NCBI GenBank assembly: GCA_016202435.1
Contig: JACQOR010000081.1
Span: forward strand, 1-53,545
DNA: 53,545 nt
DNA from: Chloroflexota bacterium
Lineage (GTDB): Bacteria > Chloroflexota > UBA6077 > SHYK01
Reading direction: 5' to 3'
Shown here: positions 26,125 through 37,092 of the stretch, one piece after another
Layout of the letters: each line of letters starts with the position of its first letter
Position numbering within the stretch: position 1 is the first letter of the stretch
Notes under the pieces: generated by a model
Database searches by the model: none
Seen by the model: the letters and a program-made list of their open reading frames with translations, nothing else
What the model was told of the DNA's origin: nothing
Program-made: the position numbers and the translations under genes

Positions 26125-28434
26125 TTAGCGGCGCTCTCCTACCAGTGTTCTGAGTCGCTCTCCGAGGGCCCGACGCCATCGCTCGATCCCGACCAATCGT
26201 ATGATCCAAGTGCCGGCGCTCGATCCGGCGGTACGCATTCGCTCCAAGGCAGTGAGGTCGGGAGTGCGTCGCCCGTACACGCCCTCGACGTAGCCCGTAG
26301 CCACTGTCCTCAGGGCCTCAGCAGCCTCGGGCAGTGCATCCGCGAGCGCCGTTGTGTACTCGTATGGCGTCTGTGAATCTCTTGGGCCAAGCCCGAACCA
26401 ACCGGCGATCCGCACGACGCGCGCATACGGCCGGGCGAAACCAGGCAAGCTGCGCATCTGCCGTGCCCAGGACGCGGGTCCCAGCACCAGCCCGACAATC
26501 ACTAGTATGAGGGCGGCGACCGCGATCATAGCACCAATCGGCGGTCCGGCTGCGTTCGCGTCTGGCAACGTCGTGAAATCCGACTCGTCCAGCGGCTCTT
26601 CTTCGTCAAGTGCCAGGTCATCGACGCCCTCGGACTCGAGAAGCTTCTGAAGCTCCTCTTCGGTGTCAGCCACGAGTGGGATGGGGGGTCTGAACGGCAA
26701 TGGCCGGTTCGCGCTCGGCTCGAAGGTGATCCACCCATAACCGGGGAAATAGACTTCAGTCCACGTATGAGCATCGTTCTCTTTGACCAGATAGGACTGG
26801 GTGGCCTCGTCAAAGCCACCGGTGACATAGCCGGTCGCCACCCGGGCTGGGATGCCGACAGAGCGGAGCATCACCGTCATGGCGGTGGCGTAGTAGTCGC
26901 AGTAGCCCTCCTTCGAGTCGAACAGAATGAAGCTCACCCAGTCGCGCCCCGGCGGTGGCACAGCGACCCGGGTCTTATAAGCGAAGGTGCGCAGGTGCGC
27001 CTCAAGGTTCGCGGCCGCGTCGTAGACCGTCTCGGCCTCCCCCACGACGCGCCAGGCGTGCTGTCGGACCGCCTCCGGAAAGCCGTCGGGCAGTTGAAGG
27101 TAGGCAGGATACACTGACGCGGGATAGAGGGTACCGGCACGTCGCAGCTCCGAGATCGAGGCCGTTGGCACCGCAGCCAGTACGCTGTATTGCTGGCTCT
27201 GGCGAAGCGCCACGACCGGCCGCAACAAGGAGAAATCGGTCGGGTCGTTCCGGTACTCGTAGACTGCCACAACGCTGGTCGTCACGGGTGAGTCCGGAGC
27301 GTGGAGCACGGCGCTTCCCGGAGCGAGTACCGTGAAGACGTATTCGGTGAATCTTCGGCCCTGCGTGGTTTCCGCGGCGTCAGGCAGCGGCTGCCGGCGA
27401 TCCCTACGAAGCGAGGTTGCCTTGCTGCCGGTCATGAGCTGACCCGTGTACCGGTCGTAGGTCGCAGCCCGCCAGTAGGCGGGCTGCTTTCCCGTGACGC
27501 GGTAGACGGGATCTTCCCCTAGTTCGAATGACCCTCGTGGGGCGAGGGTCTGCATCGATGTGAGGCCCCGCGCCGAGAGCGCCGATGGCTTGAGCGACGA
27601 AAACAAGCGGTCGAAAGTCGCCTGTGCATCCTGCCAAGGTCCCGAGACGGTCTCCCAGGCACCCGAGACCGTGCGGCTCGCTTCGACCGTGGAGCCCCGA
27701 CCGAGCAGTATTTCCGTTTCGCCATTCCCAGGGAGGGACCAGCCGGTAAACAGCAGCGCGATCACGAGAGCCCCGCTAGCCATAGCAAATCCGGCATCGC
27801 GGCTTAGGCTTGGTTCCACGCCTTGAAGCCGCCACTCGGCCAGGCGGCGTAGCCCGCTCAAATTCAATAGCGATAGGAGGCTGGCGACGATCTGAAGGTA
27901 GGCTATCGGCCGCAGCGCCGGCGGCGAATACGAGAGGTTAAGGAGCAGCACCGCTCCGGTCGGGACAATAGCCCACCAGCCGGCCATCTGCCGGAACCCG
28001 CCGAAACTGCCAGCGTAGCCCCACGCCCACGCGAGCAAGGCCGTGCTGTAGGCAAAAAGCAGGTTGTCGGTGCTCGCTCCGCCTGAAATCGCGGCCCCAA
28101 ACCACTGTCCTACCCGGTCTAGAAGGGCGTGTACACCATCGACCAGCGAGTCAGTCGGCAGGAAGCGTCCGTAGAGCAACGTGAGGCCGGAAGCCCCACC
28201 TAACAGCCCGAGGATGTGGGCCGGTATCGGTGCCCAAGGTACACGAGCGAGCGCCCACCCGGCGAGTACTCCGCCCAATGCTGCCCACGGCAGCGGCTCC
28301 AGGTTGTCGGACCATCGGGCTAGCTCTATCGACCAGGCGGGCAACCACGCGAGCGCCCCGATGAGGAGCAGCGGGACAAACGTCTCGCGCCGACGCACGG
28401 TCTGAGCTAAAGGCGCCGAGCCCTTATGGGGCAC
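26125..28434 (-). CDS. Membrane transglutaminase-like protein (TgpA-type, DUF4129-like C-terminus)
   Basis: N-terminal TMs, YWR..TYD.Y, GYCDYYATAM..MLR..GIPAR.ATGY, AHTWTEVY, FEPS; start uncertain (28434-28455). Confidence 0.9.
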   Translation of the reverse strand: MPHKGSAPLAQTVRRRETFVPLLLIGALAWLPAWSIELARWSDNLEPLPWAALGGVLAGWALARVPWAPIPAHILGLLGGASGLTLLYGRFLPTDSLVDGVHALLDRVGQWFGAAISGGASTDNLLFAYSTALLAWAWGYAGSFGGFRQMAGWWAIVPTGAVLLLNLSYSPPALRPIAYLQIVASLLSLLNLSGLRRLAEWRLQGVEPSLSRDAGFAMASGALVIALLFTGWSLPGNGETEILLGRGSTVEASRTVSGAWETVSGPWQDAQATFDRLFSSLKPSALSARGLTSMQTLAPRGSFELGEDPVYRVTGKQPAYWRAATYDRYTGQLMTGSKATSLRRDRRQPLPDAAETTQGRRFTEYVFTVLAPGSAVLHAPDSPVTTSVVAVYEYRNDPTDFSLLRPVVALRQSQQYSVLAAVPTASISELRRAGTLYPASVYPAYLQLPDGFPEAVRQHAWRVVGEAETVYDAAANLEAHLRTFAYKTRVAVPPPGRDWVSFILFDSKEGYCDYYATAMTVMLRSVGIPARVATGYVTGGFDEATQSYLVKENDAHTWTEVYFPGYGWITFEPSANRPLPFRPPIPLVADTEEELQKLLESEGVDDLALDEEEPLDESDFTTLPDANAAGPPIGAMIAVAALILVIVGLVLGPASWARQMRSLPGFARPYARVVRIAGWFGLGPRDSQTPYEYTTALADALPEAAEALRTVATGYVEGVYGRRTPDLTALERMRTAGSSAGTWIIRLVGIERWRRALGERLRTLVGERR

Positions 28435-29668
28435 TCGCCACCTGCAGATGTCCATTGGAGGGCAGAAGCGGCTGGGCTGCGGCGAGCAGCCCTTCGAGAG
28501 GGTCCCCCCGCTTCACCAAGTGAGTCGCGATTCCCGCAGCCGCAAGGTGCTCGACCACCGCCGCAATCGCACTACCTTGCGAGGCCAAGTCATTCGGCGC
28601 AAAAGTCGCAGCATCGAGAACGACAGACATCATGTGCACTCCACGATGCCTCATCTGCTCACACACGGCCACCCACGCCGTATTCGTTGAAGGCGAGACG
28701 GTCCACGTCGTGGTATGCCGATTAAACCGGAGGGATTCAACGCTCAGGGTCTCGGACAGGGGCTCGGCGCGGTTGGCCTCGGCCAGAGCGAGTAGGTCGA
28801 GCGCATTGCCCAAGTGCCGGGTGCCCCGGTTGGGAGGAAGAAAGAGCCCCTGCCCCGTTAGACCGACCGCTCTCCCTTGAAAGAGGAAGTGTTGGAACAG
28901 CGAAGCTGCAATCGTGACCGCATATTCTTCGGTTGACTCGGGCCCGCTTCCCCGGTGAACTGCACCTTGGAGGTCGAGGACAATCCAGACATCAGAAAAA
29001 GGATCCAATTCGAATTCTTTGACCATCAACCGTCCAGTTCGGGCAGTAGTAGGCCAATGGATGCGGTGGTACGGGTCGGCGGGCTGGTACTCCCGGATTC
29101 CGGACGCCATCGGCGTTACGAATGGAACCCGTCCACTTTCCTGGGTACCCCCAGGCAACACACCCGGTAGCCGCCCCGCTACCAAGAAATCGACCGTCCG
29201 GGGGTACACGATGACCGTAGTCTCGTTCGGATACCTCGTGCTTCTCTGGAAAAGCCCAAAAGGGTCGCCCGTGGTACAGAGGATGTCCCCGATCGCGAAC
29301 TTGCCGCGCACCTCACATCGGGTGCGCATCGTCCAGGTGCGGCGCGCTCGGGGACCCAGAAAGAGTCCTTGGGCCACACTGAGGCCAGCGAGATCGCATG
29401 ACGACCGCACTTCGACCCAGGGCTTGGGCAGTAGCGAAGTGTTGTCCACGGCAATCCACTCCTCGAACACTCCGCCCACTTGCGCCCGCTGGGTCCGTGA
29501 ACGCCGCTCGACCGAAATGGTCCGAGCGCCGGCGTAGGTCCAGATCCAGGCGACACCGATGAGGAGCAGCAGCACGTAGGACACGCGGTACATAACGCTC
29601 CAGCCGCCGCTCAGGGCGATTGCTAGAGTGGCGAGCCACAGCGCCGCCAGTGCCAGGCCTCGACGCAA
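28424..29668 (-). CDS. DUF58 domain protein
   Basis: GDPFGLF, REYQPADP..RIHW..TARTG.LMVKEF. Confidence 0.92.
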   Translation of the reverse strand: MRRGLALAALWLATLAIALSGGWSVMYRVSYVLLLLIGVAWIWTYAGARTISVERRSRTQRAQVGGVFEEWIAVDNTSLLPKPWVEVRSSCDLAGLSVAQGLFLGPRARRTWTMRTRCEVRGKFAIGDILCTTGDPFGLFQRSTRYPNETTVIVYPRTVDFLVAGRLPGVLPGGTQESGRVPFVTPMASGIREYQPADPYHRIHWPTTARTGRLMVKEFELDPFSDVWIVLDLQGAVHRGSGPESTEEYAVTIAASLFQHFLFQGRAVGLTGQGLFLPPNRGTRHLGNALDLLALAEANRAEPLSETLSVESLRFNRHTTTWTVSPSTNTAWVAVCEQMRHRGVHMMSVVLDAATFAPNDLASQGSAIAAVVEHLAAAGIATHLVKRGDPLEGLLAAAQPLLPSNGHLQVASAP

Positions 29669-29682
29669 AGGACTGCCGCCAA

Positions 29683-30633
29683 TCAGGCGGGGACTCGCGT
29701 TCCGGGCACGGGAACAGACCGCAGGACGTCTTCCAGAACGCTGGCCGCTTGAACGCCACGAACGCGCGCACTCGGACTTACGATCAGCCGATGCGCCAGG
29801 ACTGGCTCGGCCAGCATCTTGATATCGTCGGGAATGACGTAGTCCCGGCCTCGAAGCATTCCGGTCGCTTGCGCGGTTCGGAAGAGCGAGAGCGAGCCGC
29901 GTGGGCTCGCCCCCAGGTACACGTCTGGATGCCTACGAGTCGCCCCCACGAGATCGACGATGTAACGCCGCACCGCGGGCTCGACTCTCACTAGACGAAT
30001 GGCCGCGTGTACCTCCTTAAGCGCGTCTGCATCCACGACCTGGCCTATGGCTTCGATGGGGTGGCTCATCTCCTGGGAATCCAGCACGGCCACTTCCTCG
30101 TCGCGCCCAGGATAGCCCAGGCGGATGCGCATGATGAACCGGTCGAGCTGGGCTTCCGGCAGTGGGAACGTCCCTTCGTACTCTATCGGGTTCTGAGTCG
30201 CCATGACCATAAACGGTCGAGGAAGTCGGCGGGTGACGCCATCGACTGTGAGCTGGCGTTCCTCCATCGCCTCCAAGAGCGCCGACTGCGTCTTCGGTGT
30301 TGCGCGGTTGATCTCGTCGGCCAGCAGAATCTGGGTCACGATGGGGCCGGCCCGAAACTCGAACTCGCCGGTCTTCTGGTTGTAGATCGATACGCCGGTC
30401 ACATCGCTCGGCAGCAGGTCCGGGGTGAACTGAATCCGCCGAAATGTGCAGCCGATGGACTTGGCGAGCGCTTTGGCCAACATGGTCTTGCCAACGCCCG
30501 GTACGTCTTCGATCAGCATGTGGCCTTCGCTGGCCAGCGCGATGAGCGCCAGCTCCACTTCTCGAGTCTTGCCTAAGAGCACGCGTGACACGTTTTGGAG
30601 CACCGCCTGGAGTGTGCGACTTCCTTCAGCCAT
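29683..30633 (-). CDS. MoxR-family AAA+ ATPase
   Basis: [51 protein letters not shown]. Confidence 0.96.
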   Translation of the reverse strand: MAEGSRTLQAVLQNVSRVLLGKTREVELALIALASEGHMLIEDVPGVGKTMLAKALAKSIGCTFRRIQFTPDLLPSDVTGVSIYNQKTGEFEFRAGPIVTQILLADEINRATPKTQSALLEAMEERQLTVDGVTRRLPRPFMVMATQNPIEYEGTFPLPEAQLDRFIMRIRLGYPGRDEEVAVLDSQEMSHPIEAIGQVVDADALKEVHAAIRLVRVEPAVRRYIVDLVGATRRHPDVYLGASPRGSLSLFRTAQATGMLRGRDYVIPDDIKMLAEPVLAHRLIVSPSARVRGVQAASVLEDVLRSVPVPGTRVPA

Positions 30634-30686
30634 TCCGCCTCCGTCTCACCATCGGCCTAGGGTCTCGATGATACGACAAGCAACGC

Positions 30687-33278
30687 TCATTGACCGTGGC
30701 AGTACTTGTATTTCTTGCCGCTCCCGCAGGGACAAGGGTCATTCCGTCCCACTTTGCGGGTGGCACTGGCCCCTGCGGCGACCGGTACGCGCGCACGCAC
30801 GGGTGCCGGTCTTGGCGCCTGGTGCGTGAGCTGGACGTGATAGATCGTGTGCGCCACGTCATGCTGGATACCTCGCAGCAGATCGTCGAACATGCTCGCC
30901 GCCTCGACCTTGTACTCGACCAGCGGGTCTCGCTGACCATAGGCCCGAAGTCCAATGCCCTGACGCAAGTCGTCCAAAGCAGTCAGATGGTTGGCCCACA
31001 GTGAATCGATGATTCGCAGAACCACCACCCGTTCGGCGTGACGCATCAGGTCGGCCCCCAGCTCTTGCTCCTTTTGGTTGTACGCGTCCTCCGCATAGCT
31101 CTTGAGCAGGTCACCGAGGTCACTGACGCGAGTTTCCTCCAGCAGGTCGGGGGCCACGTTCGCGGCCGGACAAAGCTCGCTGAAGGCGGCCGCAAGCCCT
31201 TGAAAGTCGCTGCTTTCCCGTCCGCCGTCGGAGCTGACCAGCAGCTCAATCTCGCCGTCTACCCAGTCGAGCAACATTTCTTTCAGGGTATCCTCGCCCA
31301 GCACGGCTCGGCGATCGGCGTAGATCACCTCCCGCTGTTTGTTCATCACGTCGTCGTACTCGACGACGTGCTTCCGCATATCGAAGTTGTAGCTTTCGAC
31401 TTTTTCCTGGGCGTTCTGGATCGAGCGGGAAACGAGCCGGTGCTCGAGTGGGGTGTCTTCTTCGAAGCCAAGCTTGTCCATAAGATTCGAAATCGTCGGT
31501 CCGCCGAAGCGCCGCATCAATTCATCCTCCAGCGACACATAGAACCGGGAGGATCCGGGGTCTCCCTGGCGGCCCGCTCGGCCTCGGAGCTGGTTGTCAA
31601 TCCGGCGTGCTTCGTGGCGTTCTGTACCGATGATGTGCAATCCGCCCAGGGCGACGACACGCTCGTGATCCTGCTGGCACATCTCGGAGATCTTTTCGGA
31701 AATGCGCTGCTCGTCGTCTGGCGTCGGGACTCTGCCATTACGGAAGTCCCGCTTCAGTTCCGCGTCACTCAGCCCCACCGGATTGCCGCCGAGAAGAATG
31801 TCTACGCCACGGCCAGCCATACTGGTGGCGATGGTCACGGCGCCCGGGCGGCCCGCTTGGGCGATGATTGCCGCCTCGCGCTCGTGCTGTTTTGCGTTCA
31901 GCACCTCGTGTTGGATTCCAATACGTTCGAGCTGCCGGCTTAACTCTTCCGACTTCTCGATTGACACTGTGCCCACGAGCACCGGCCGCCCGATGGCGTT
32001 GAGTTCTCGGATCTCCTCCACGACGGCGCGGAATTTCCCTTGCTCCGTTTTGTAGATGAGATCCGGAAAGTCCTCGCGCACCATAGGGCGGTTCGTAGGA
32101 ATAGGGACTACGTCCAGGTCGTAGATCTTGCGGAACTCTTCCTGCTCGGTCGCTGCGGTGCCAGTCATCCCGCAGAGCTTTTCGTACATGCGGAAGTAAT
32201 TCTGAAAAGTAATCGTCGCCAGGGTCACATTCTCCCGCTGGACGCGTACGCCCTCCTTGGCTTCGATCGCCTGGTGAAGCCCTTCGGAGTAGCGGCGGCC
32301 GGGCATCAAACGGCCCGTGAACTCGTCGACGATCACGACCTCGCCGTCCTTTACGACGTAGTCCTTGTCCCGCTTGTAGAGGAACTGGGATTTCATCGCC
32401 TGATCTAGGTAATGGGTCAGCTGATAGTTCTCGGCTGCGTAGAGATTGTCGACGTGCATCGCGCGCTCAACTTTGCCGATGCCCTCTTCGGTGAGGGAGA
32501 TGGCGCGGTGCTTCTCATCGACGGTGAAGTCTTCACCCTCGCGGAGCCGCGGGACGACTCGCGCGAACATAGCGTAGTAGTCAGTAGACTCCTCGGCCTG
32601 GCCAGAAATAATGAGGGGCGTGCGTGCCTCATCGATGAGGATGTTGTCGATTTCATCAACAATGGCGAAGTTCAGGCCGTTCTGTACGACTTCGGCGAGC
32701 GACCAGACCATGTTGTCCCGGAGATAGTCGAACCCGAGTTCGTTGTTGGTCCCATAGGTGACGTCCGATGCGTAGGCTTCTTTTCGGCTGCGGTAATCCA
32801 TGTCGTGCTGGATGACCCCTACGGTAAGGCCGAGAAGCCGATGGATCGGGCCCATCCATTCGCTGTCCCGCTTGGCGAGGTAATCGTTGACGGTCACAAC
32901 GTGGACGCCCGAACGCGAAAGCGCGTTCAGGTACGCCGGCAGGGTTGCGACCAGCGTCTTGCCCTCGCCCGTCCGCATCTCAGCGATGCGCCCCTGGTGA
33001 AGCACGATTCCGCCTAGCAATTGCACGTCGTAGTGGCGCTGGCCGAGCGTCCGCCGCGCCGCTTCACGCACGACGCCGTACGCTTCGGGAAGCAAAGCAT
33101 CAAGGGTCTCGCCACCGTCAAATCGTCGGCGAAACAGTTCGGTTTTGTCCCGTAGGTCGGTATCGGTCAGACGCCGCAGGTCCATCTCAAGCAGGTTGAT
33201 CCGTTCGACCAGGGGCCGAATTCGACGGAGTTCCTTTTCGCCGCTGTCACGAAAAAGGCGGTTCAGCGGTCCAAGCAT
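30687..33278 (-). CDS. secA: Preprotein translocase ATPase SecA
   Basis: [52 protein letters not shown]. Confidence 0.99.
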   Translation of the reverse strand: MLGPLNRLFRDSGEKELRRIRPLVERINLLEMDLRRLTDTDLRDKTELFRRRFDGGETLDALLPEAYGVVREAARRTLGQRHYDVQLLGGIVLHQGRIAEMRTGEGKTLVATLPAYLNALSRSGVHVVTVNDYLAKRDSEWMGPIHRLLGLTVGVIQHDMDYRSRKEAYASDVTYGTNNELGFDYLRDNMVWSLAEVVQNGLNFAIVDEIDNILIDEARTPLIISGQAEESTDYYAMFARVVPRLREGEDFTVDEKHRAISLTEEGIGKVERAMHVDNLYAAENYQLTHYLDQAMKSQFLYKRDKDYVVKDGEVVIVDEFTGRLMPGRRYSEGLHQAIEAKEGVRVQRENVTLATITFQNYFRMYEKLCGMTGTAATEQEEFRKIYDLDVVPIPTNRPMVREDFPDLIYKTEQGKFRAVVEEIRELNAIGRPVLVGTVSIEKSEELSRQLERIGIQHEVLNAKQHEREAAIIAQAGRPGAVTIATSMAGRGVDILLGGNPVGLSDAELKRDFRNGRVPTPDDEQRISEKISEMCQQDHERVVALGGLHIIGTERHEARRIDNQLRGRAGRQGDPGSSRFYVSLEDELMRRFGGPTISNLMDKLGFEEDTPLEHRLVSRSIQNAQEKVESYNFDMRKHVVEYDDVMNKQREVIYADRRAVLGEDTLKEMLLDWVDGEIELLVSSDGGRESSDFQGLAAAFSELCPAANVAPDLLEETRVSDLGDLLKSYAEDAYNQKEQELGADLMRHAERVVVLRIIDSLWANHLTALDDLRQGIGLRAYGQRDPLVEYKVEAASMFDDLLRGIQHDVAHTIYHVQLTHQAPRPAPVRARVPVAAGASATRKVGRNDPCPCGSGKKYKYCHGQ

Positions 33279-33413
33279 TCTGGCACCTCACACCCTCCGG
33301 CGATTCCAGGGCTGTGGGGAACGGCGTGCCTTCCGGCGAGATTTCTTCCCCGCGACCTGACCGGACCGAATCGCTCACTCATCTTACGTTGACAGGATCG
33401 CCCTGGGTTCATG

Positions 33414-34436
33414 TTACAGGCCGTGGACGGCGCGAGCCGCTGCAATAACCTCGGTTACCCCGACAGGCTCGCTTCCGCCCATGGCCGGCCCAAGCGCGTC
33501 TCTGGGCACTGGCTGACCTGCCAGCAGTGCCGCGGCTGACGAAACGCCGGTTCTGAGCACATTCAGGTCGTATCCGCCCTCAAGCAAGAGAATGGCTCGG
33601 CCGTCGCACAGTTCGTCGGCGGCCGCGAGGAACTGTTCCAAGATTTGGCTATATCCGCGCACGGAGAGCCTCATGCCAGCCAGAGGATCGGCCCAATGTG
33701 CATCGAAGCCGAGCGACACCAGCAGACATCCGGGCCTGAATCTCCGTAGCGCCGGAACGAGCACTTGCTCAGTGACCGCAAGGTAGCTGTCATCGCCACA
33801 ACCAGCCATCAGCGGAAGATTTACGGTAGCTCCGATCCCTCCGTCTTCTCCCGTCTCCGAGATTCCACCCGTGCCTGGGTAATACGGGTATTGATGGACC
33901 GAGCAGTACAGTACGTTGGCACGGTCGTAGAAGATTTCCTGGGTGCCATTCCCATGGTGTACATCTATGTCCACGATCGCCGCGCGAGCGATGCTCAGTT
34001 CAGTTAGGGCCCATTCTGCGGCCAATGCGATGTTGTTGAAGAGGCAGAAGCCCATAGAGCGCTCTCGTGTGGCGTGATGACCGGGTGGCCGGACCAGCAC
34101 AAGGCCATTGGGGTGGACGCCCCGCACGACGTCCGAAACGGCTTGGACCGTCGCTCCCACAGCGTAGGCGGCGGCCTCGTAGGAGGCCCCCGTGACAAAG
34201 GTATCCAGGTCGATCCAGCCGCCGCCAGCCCTGGCCAAATTCTCCACCTGGCTGACGTGCTGGCGCGAGTGTGTCAGCTCCATGGTGCGAGTGTCAGCTG
34301 GCCTCACCTCAGGCCAAGACAGGTCAAGGCCGGCGTCGCGAACGGCTTCGACCGCCGCGACGAGGCGCTCGGGACGCTCTGGATGCCCCGGACTGGAATG
34401 CTCCAGGCAGTGGGGGTCAGTGTAGATGGCGGTCAT
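33414..34436 (-). CDS. Histone deacetylase-family (Zn-dependent) deacetylase
   Basis: HPERPERL, RPPGHHA, GFCLFNN, DVHHGNGTQ, GFDAH..DP, EGGY; start ATG 34436. Confidence 0.95.
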   Translation of the reverse strand: MTAIYTDPHCLEHSSPGHPERPERLVAAVEAVRDAGLDLSWPEVRPADTRTMELTHSRQHVSQVENLARAGGGWIDLDTFVTGASYEAAAYAVGATVQAVSDVVRGVHPNGLVLVRPPGHHATRERSMGFCLFNNIALAAEWALTELSIARAAIVDIDVHHGNGTQEIFYDRANVLYCSVHQYPYYPGTGGISETGEDGGIGATVNLPLMAGCGDDSYLAVTEQVLVPALRRFRPGCLLVSLGFDAHWADPLAGMRLSVRGYSQILEQFLAAADELCDGRAILLLEGGYDLNVLRTGVSSAAALLAGQPVPRDALGPAMGGSEPVGVTEVIAAARAVHGL

Positions 34437-34536
34437 GCCCAGCCGGCTCGGTCGCCGGTGAGGGGCCGGCCCCGGAGCGCGAAGAGGCTTCGCTAGCGGA
34501 GCGACCCAGCGAACGCCATGGTCCCCGGCCCAGATC

Positions 34537-36489
34537 TCAAGGCGTCGTTGCGCCCGGGGCCAACCGGGGGCGGGAGCGGCCTCGCGGGGCTGGAGCCAGC
34601 TGTTCCCCAGGCTGCTCGGTAGGCAGGGGAGGTGCCTGGGTCGGCGGGCCTTCGCTTTCAAGCGGCTGCCCCTGGAAAACTTTCTCCAGGTCTGCGCCTT
34701 CCAACGTTTCCCGCTTGATCAGCTCGGCGGCCATAAGGTCAAGCACGTCACGGCGATCCGTCAACATCGACAGTGCCCGGTCATGCGCGTTTGCGATAAG
34801 CCTGCGAATCTCCTCGTCAATGGCCTCGGCGATTTTCTCACTGTAGTTCTTCTGCTCGGAGATCTCCCGGCCCAGGAAGATCAATTCTTCCTTGCGGCCG
34901 AAAGTCCGGGGACCCAGAACGTCGCTCATGCCGTACTCGCAGACCATCTTCCGCGCGAGGTTCGTGGCGACTTCCAGGTCGTTCTGAGCACCGGTGCTCA
35001 TCTCGCCAAACACCAGTTTTTCGGCGCAATGTCCCCCGAGACTGGCGGCCAACCGGTCCTCAAACTGGGACCTAGTCCACATGTGCCGGTCCTCTTCGGG
35101 GAGGAATCGCGTGTAGCCTCCCATCATGCCGTGGGCGACGATGGAGATCTTGTGGACCGGATCGTGCTGCTCCAGGAAACGGCCCACGATCGCGTGACCC
35201 GCCTCGTGATAGGCCGTTCGCCGTTTCTCCAACTCCGAGATGACCCGGCTCCTCCGCTCGGGCCCGGCAACGACTCGGTCGATGGCTTCCTCCATCTCGC
35301 TCATGCCGACAGTGCGGCGGTTACGTCGCGCAGCAAGAATTGCGGCTTCGTTCAGAAGGTTGGCTAGATCCGCGCCGGAAAAGCCCGGCGTCTGCTTGGC
35401 CAGCACGTCGAGATCCACGGAGGTATCTATGGGCTTGCCTTTCGCATGCACATCGAGCACCGCTCGGCGGCCCGCTACGTCAGGAGGCGGAAGGACCACC
35501 TGACGGTCGAACCGGCCCGGGCGCAGCAGCGCATGGTCCAGCACGTCCGGTCGGTTTGTAGCAGCCAGAACGATAACGCTCGTACCCTGATCAAACCCAT
35601 CCATCTCGACCAGAATCTGGTTCAGGGTCTGTTCACGCTCGTCGTGGCTGCCGCCCAGACCTGCGCCTCGCTGGCGTCCCACGGCATCAATCTCGTCGAT
35701 GAAAACGATGCAGGGAGCGTTTCGCTTGGCCTGCTCGAACAAGTCGCGCACCCTCGACGCTCCCACGCCCACGAACATTTCCACGAACTCCGAACCGCTG
35801 ATCGAGAAGAACGGCACACCGGCCTCTCCCGCCACCGCTCGGGAGAGCATCGTTTTGCCCGTCCCGGGCGGACCCACGAGCAAGACCCCCTTCGGGATAC
35901 GGGCTCCAAGGGCCACGAATTTGTCCGGGAATTTCAGAAACTCGACTACCTCTTGGAGTTCCTGCTTGGCCTCTTCCACCCCGGCTACGTCCGCGAATGT
36001 CACGGTTGACTTGTTCGCTATGAACATGCGAGCGCGGCTCTTGCCGAACGACATGGCCTGGTTATTGGAACCCTGCGCCTGCCGCAACATGAACAGCAGG
36101 ATCGCACCGAAGAACACCAAGGGAAGCAAGTTGAAGAGAATACCCATCCAGTTGCCAAACTGCGAGGGCTCGGCGACCACAATCGTGACCGCCTCAAGCT
36201 GCTCGGGTGTCACCCCGTAGTCCCGCAGTTGCTGAGAGATAGGACCACCGGGTTCTTTGCGCGAGACCGCTCGGCGCTTGTCAGAATACTCGAGGTTCAG
36301 ACGGTCATCGGACCCGACTGAGATGCGGCTGACGCTTCCTTCACGGACGTCCTTCGCCAGCCCGCTGAAGCCGATGGTAGCGACCTCTTTGTCGCCGGCC
36401 GGAGGAAATGCCGTGAAGAAAAGGGCGGCAATCGCCGCGAGGATAACAAGGTAGGCGAAGCTATTTCGGAGCCATCTATTGGTGGTCAT
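34537..36489 (-). CDS. ftsH: ATP-dependent zinc metalloprotease FtsH
   Basis: Two TMs, [26 protein letters not shown]. Confidence 0.99.
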   Translation of the reverse strand: MTTNRWLRNSFAYLVILAAIAALFFTAFPPAGDKEVATIGFSGLAKDVREGSVSRISVGSDDRLNLEYSDKRRAVSRKEPGGPISQQLRDYGVTPEQLEAVTIVVAEPSQFGNWMGILFNLLPLVFFGAILLFMLRQAQGSNNQAMSFGKSRARMFIANKSTVTFADVAGVEEAKQELQEVVEFLKFPDKFVALGARIPKGVLLVGPPGTGKTMLSRAVAGEAGVPFFSISGSEFVEMFVGVGASRVRDLFEQAKRNAPCIVFIDEIDAVGRQRGAGLGGSHDEREQTLNQILVEMDGFDQGTSVIVLAATNRPDVLDHALLRPGRFDRQVVLPPPDVAGRRAVLDVHAKGKPIDTSVDLDVLAKQTPGFSGADLANLLNEAAILAARRNRRTVGMSEMEEAIDRVVAGPERRSRVISELEKRRTAYHEAGHAIVGRFLEQHDPVHKISIVAHGMMGGYTRFLPEEDRHMWTRSQFEDRLAASLGGHCAEKLVFGEMSTGAQNDLEVATNLARKMVCEYGMSDVLGPRTFGRKEELIFLGREISEQKNYSEKIAEAIDEEIRRLIANAHDRALSMLTDRRDVLDLMAAELIKRETLEGADLEKVFQGQPLESEGPPTQAPPLPTEQPGEQLAPAPRGRSRPRLAPGATTP

Positions 36490-36513
36490 GAAACCTCTCT
36501 GGGGATTACGAAA

Positions 36514-36522
36514 ATTATATCA
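36514..36522 (-). promoter_or_regulatory. Extended -10 promoter for ftsH
   Basis: TGATATAAT on the minus strand ~25 nt upstream of the ATG; GAGG SD. Confidence 0.65.
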
Positions 36523-36663
36523 GAGGCCCAGGAGCCTCCCGAATGGGGCCGGAGGCGTGAATTCAGCCACCGGACTGGCACCGCGTTTGCCTGAAGTCGG
36601 TGTGCTCTTGCCTCTTTTGGCGCAACATGAGAGGCGCGACCTAATGTCAAGGCTCCTCTGGGG

Positions 36664-37092
36664 TCAATCCGAGTCGAAGAAAAGTCGGAGCCACGCCTTC
36701 CAGTTAGCTCGCGTGACTGGCGCAGCTCTGGTCCTGGGCTCTGCTGGTGGAATCATCGACCCTTCGGGCCAGATGAGTATGACGGGACGGTCCCCCGGCT
36801 TCACGAGGCCGAGCTCGTTTCGCCCGACCCGCTCAATCTCCGAGTCACGGAGAGCATCGTTCAACTCAGCCTGGACTGCGAGGTTGTTTCGCCGAAGGGT
36901 TTCGATCTCGTTCGCGGCGGCAACAACTTGTTGGCGGGCCCGATACCCATCAAGGGCCCGCTGCCCACTCAGCACTGCCAGGTAGACGGCGGTGATACCT
37001 GCGAGAATCGCGATCAGTCGACGTCGGATGAGCACCGAGTGTGTCACCCGACGTCGCGCTAGTAGCCCGCGTGCCGAGTGCAAGGTTTGCAT
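36664..37092 (-). CDS. Septum formation initiator (FtsB/DivIC) family protein
   Basis: TM, coiled coil, IERVGRNELGLVKPGD motif; ATG 37092 overlaps the upstream TGA. Confidence 0.85.
   Translation of the reverse strand: MQTLHSARGLLARRRVTHSVLIRRRLIAILAGITAVYLAVLSGQRALDGYRARQQVVAAANEIETLRRNNLAVQAELNDALRDSEIERVGRNELGLVKPGDRPVILIWPEGSMIPPAEPRTRAAPVTRANWKAWLRLFFDSD

Noticed and set aside
36540-36600. c-di-GMP-I (GEMM) riboswitch-like words GGCAAAC and GCCTCCGGCC upstream of ftsH
   Set aside because: Lacks the GNRA-capped stem and the GCAAA junction, and lies upstream of the proximal ftsH -10.
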